Origin: Desulfobacteraceae bacterium
GTDB lineage: Bacteria > Desulfobacterota > Desulfobacteria > Desulfobacterales > Desulfosarcinaceae
Reading direction: 5' to 3'
NCBI GenBank assembly: GCA_050288425.1
Contig: JBNKDU010000124.1
Coordinates: forward strand, 48,711-112,710
Length of the DNA stretch: 64,000 nucleotides
Part shown: positions 62,919-64,000 of the stretch, in pieces
How the letters are laid out: each line of letters starts with the position of its first letter
Position numbering within the stretch: position 1 is the first letter of the stretch
Program-made: the position numbers and the translations under genes
Notes under the pieces: model-generated
Database searches by the model: none
Told to the model about the DNA's origin: nothing
What the model saw: only the letters and a program-made list of their open reading frames with translations

Positions 62919-64000
62919 ATGAGCAAGACCTATCGAATTGCAGTGATTCCCGGTGACGGCACCGGACCGGAAGTCGTCGACGAAGGGCGCAAGGCCCTCA
63001 ACGCCGCAGCCGCCAAATTCGGTTTCAAACTGGACATGACCGATTTCGACTTCGGAGGCGACCGATACCTGCGCACCGGCGAAGTGCTGCCCGATTCCGC
63101 CGGTGACGATCTCAAACAATTTGACGCCATCTATCTGGGCGCCATCGGTCATCCGGATGTCAAACCGGGAATTCTGGAGAAGGGGATCCTGCTGCGGTTG
63201 CGGTTCGAACTCGATCAATACATCAACCTGCGGCCGGTGCGCCTCTATCCGGGCGTGGCCACGCCCCTGAAGGACAAGGGACCCGCGCAGGTCGATTACG
63301 CCGTGATCCGGGAGAACTCCGGCGGCATCTATACGGGCACCGGGGGCATATCCATGAAAGGCACGCCCCACGAAGTGGCCGTGCAGAGCATGGTCTACAA
63401 CCGCCATCAGGTGGAACGCTGCCTGCGCTACGCTTTCGAATATGCCCGCAAGTTCGGCAAGAAGGCCCGCGGCAAAGGCGACGCCAACACCCTGGGGCTG
63501 GTGGGCAAGACCAATGTGCTGACCTATGTCTTCGATCTCTGGGAACGCGCTTTCCACGAGATCGGCGAGACGGACTATCCCGATGTCCGGCGCGAATACT
63601 ACCACGTGGACGCCACCTGCATGTGGATGGTCAAGAGTCCGGAATGGTTCGACGTCCTGGTGACCAGCAACATGTTCGGCGACATCATCACCGACCTGGG
63701 GGCCGAGACCCAGGGCGGCATGGGCATTGCCGCCGGCGGCAACATCAACCCCCTGGGGGTGAGCATGTTCGAGCCCATCGGCGGATCGGCGCCCAAATAT
63801 ACCGGCATGAACATCATCAATCCCCTGGCGGCCATTTGTGCCGGGGCCATGATGCTGGAAACCCTGGGAGAGACAGACGCCGCGTTGGCCGTCGAAGACG
63901 CGGTCAAGGATGTCACCGCGACCAAGATCAAGAGCCTGTCCGCCGGCAAGATGGGATACACCACCTCCGAGGTCGGCGACCTGGTGGCCGAGCGGGTGTA
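62919..64000 (+). CDS. Isocitrate/isopropylmalate dehydrogenase-family enzyme (probably 3-isopropylmalate dehydrogenase), 3'-partial
   Basis: Hand-translated; it is absent from the ORF track because no stop falls in the window. ATG at 62919 after GGGAGAAGGA. MSKTYRIAVIPGDGTGPEVV..., IRENSGGIY, SNMFGDIITDLGAE, GGSAPKY. Runs off the window end. Confidence 0.85.
   Translation, partial: MSKTYRIAVIPGDGTGPEVVDEGRKALNAAAAKFGFKLDMTDFDFGGDRYLRTGEVLPDSAGDDLKQFDAIYLGAIGHPDVKPGILEKGILLRLRFELDQYINLRPVRLYPGVATPLKDKGPAQVDYAVIRENSGGIYTGTGGISMKGTPHEVAVQSMVYNRHQVERCLRYAFEYARKFGKKARGKGDANTLGLVGKTNVLTYVFDLWERAFHEIGETDYPDVRREYYHVDATCMWMVKSPEWFDVLVTSNMFGDIITDLGAETQGGMGIAAGGNINPLGVSMFEPIGGSAPKYTGMNIINPLAAICAGAMMLETLGETDAALAVEDAVKDVTATKIKSLSAGKMGYTTSEVGDLVAERV

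Noticed and set aside
1-64000. Search for CRISPR arrays, rRNA, insertion sequences, prophage or toxin-antitoxin/defence modules
   Set aside because: No regularly spaced direct repeats and no transposase, integrase, Cas or phage-like ORFs were recognised. The only restriction-related hint is the orphan HsdR-N-like domain protein at 3328-3879, which has no partner genes.

Overview
High-GC chromosomal segment (about 60% by eye) from a sulfate-reducing, Desulfobacterota-type bacterium. No rRNA, CRISPR array, transposase, integrase or phage gene was seen.

Left part (0-8 kb): livK-livH (ABC uptake), nadK, a dGTPase-like HD protein, an HsdR-N-like orphan, and three YkgJ-type Cys-cluster proteins plus an SDR.

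Core dissimilatory sulfate-reduction genes follow: aprB-aprA, then qmoA-qmoB-qmoC on the + strand (8.7-16.3 kb), and sat on the - strand (40.1-41.4 kb).

Main finding: a ~23.2-kb block of 18 genes, all on the - strand (16475-39723), sits between qmoC and sat. It encodes:
- nine multiheme c-type cytochromes, with 84 canonical CxxCH plus 2 Cx3CH motifs counted by eye, including modular 22-heme and 18-heme paralogues;
- four six-bladed NHL beta-propeller proteins;
- one 684-aa protein that looks like an outer-membrane beta-barrel;
- a CbcBA-like module (dihaem cytochrome b plus a membrane-anchored multiheme c);
- a Tat-FeS/NrfD quinone module joined to a tetrahaem cytochrome and an HAO-family octahaem cytochrome;
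- one orphan protein.

I read this block as a candidate trans-envelope (extracellular) electron-transfer system that feeds the menaquinone/Qmo/Apr sulfate-reduction chain. This is an inference from the sequence, not a demonstrated function.

Right part (41-64 kb): two single-domain cNMP-binding proteins, two tRNA-Ser genes with TTGATT-rich flanking repeats, a TlpA-like redoxin, a URO-D-family protein, a TPR lipoprotein, an AT-rich island, a periplasmic binding protein plus a hybrid histidine kinase, and a CoA-disulfide-reductase/rhodanese fusion. aroF-aroB is transcribed divergently from trpE-G-D-C-F. A 32-aa WWRWW leader ORF and two terminator-like hairpins precede trpE. A ferritin-like protein and a 3'-partial isopropylmalate-dehydrogenase-family gene close the window.

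Limits: all calls come from reading the supplied ORF translations and the DNA. No database search or folding program was run. Many first codons in the ORF track are TTG/GTG extensions, so I re-chose starts where an ATG with a Shine-Dalgarno (SD) sequence was visible.
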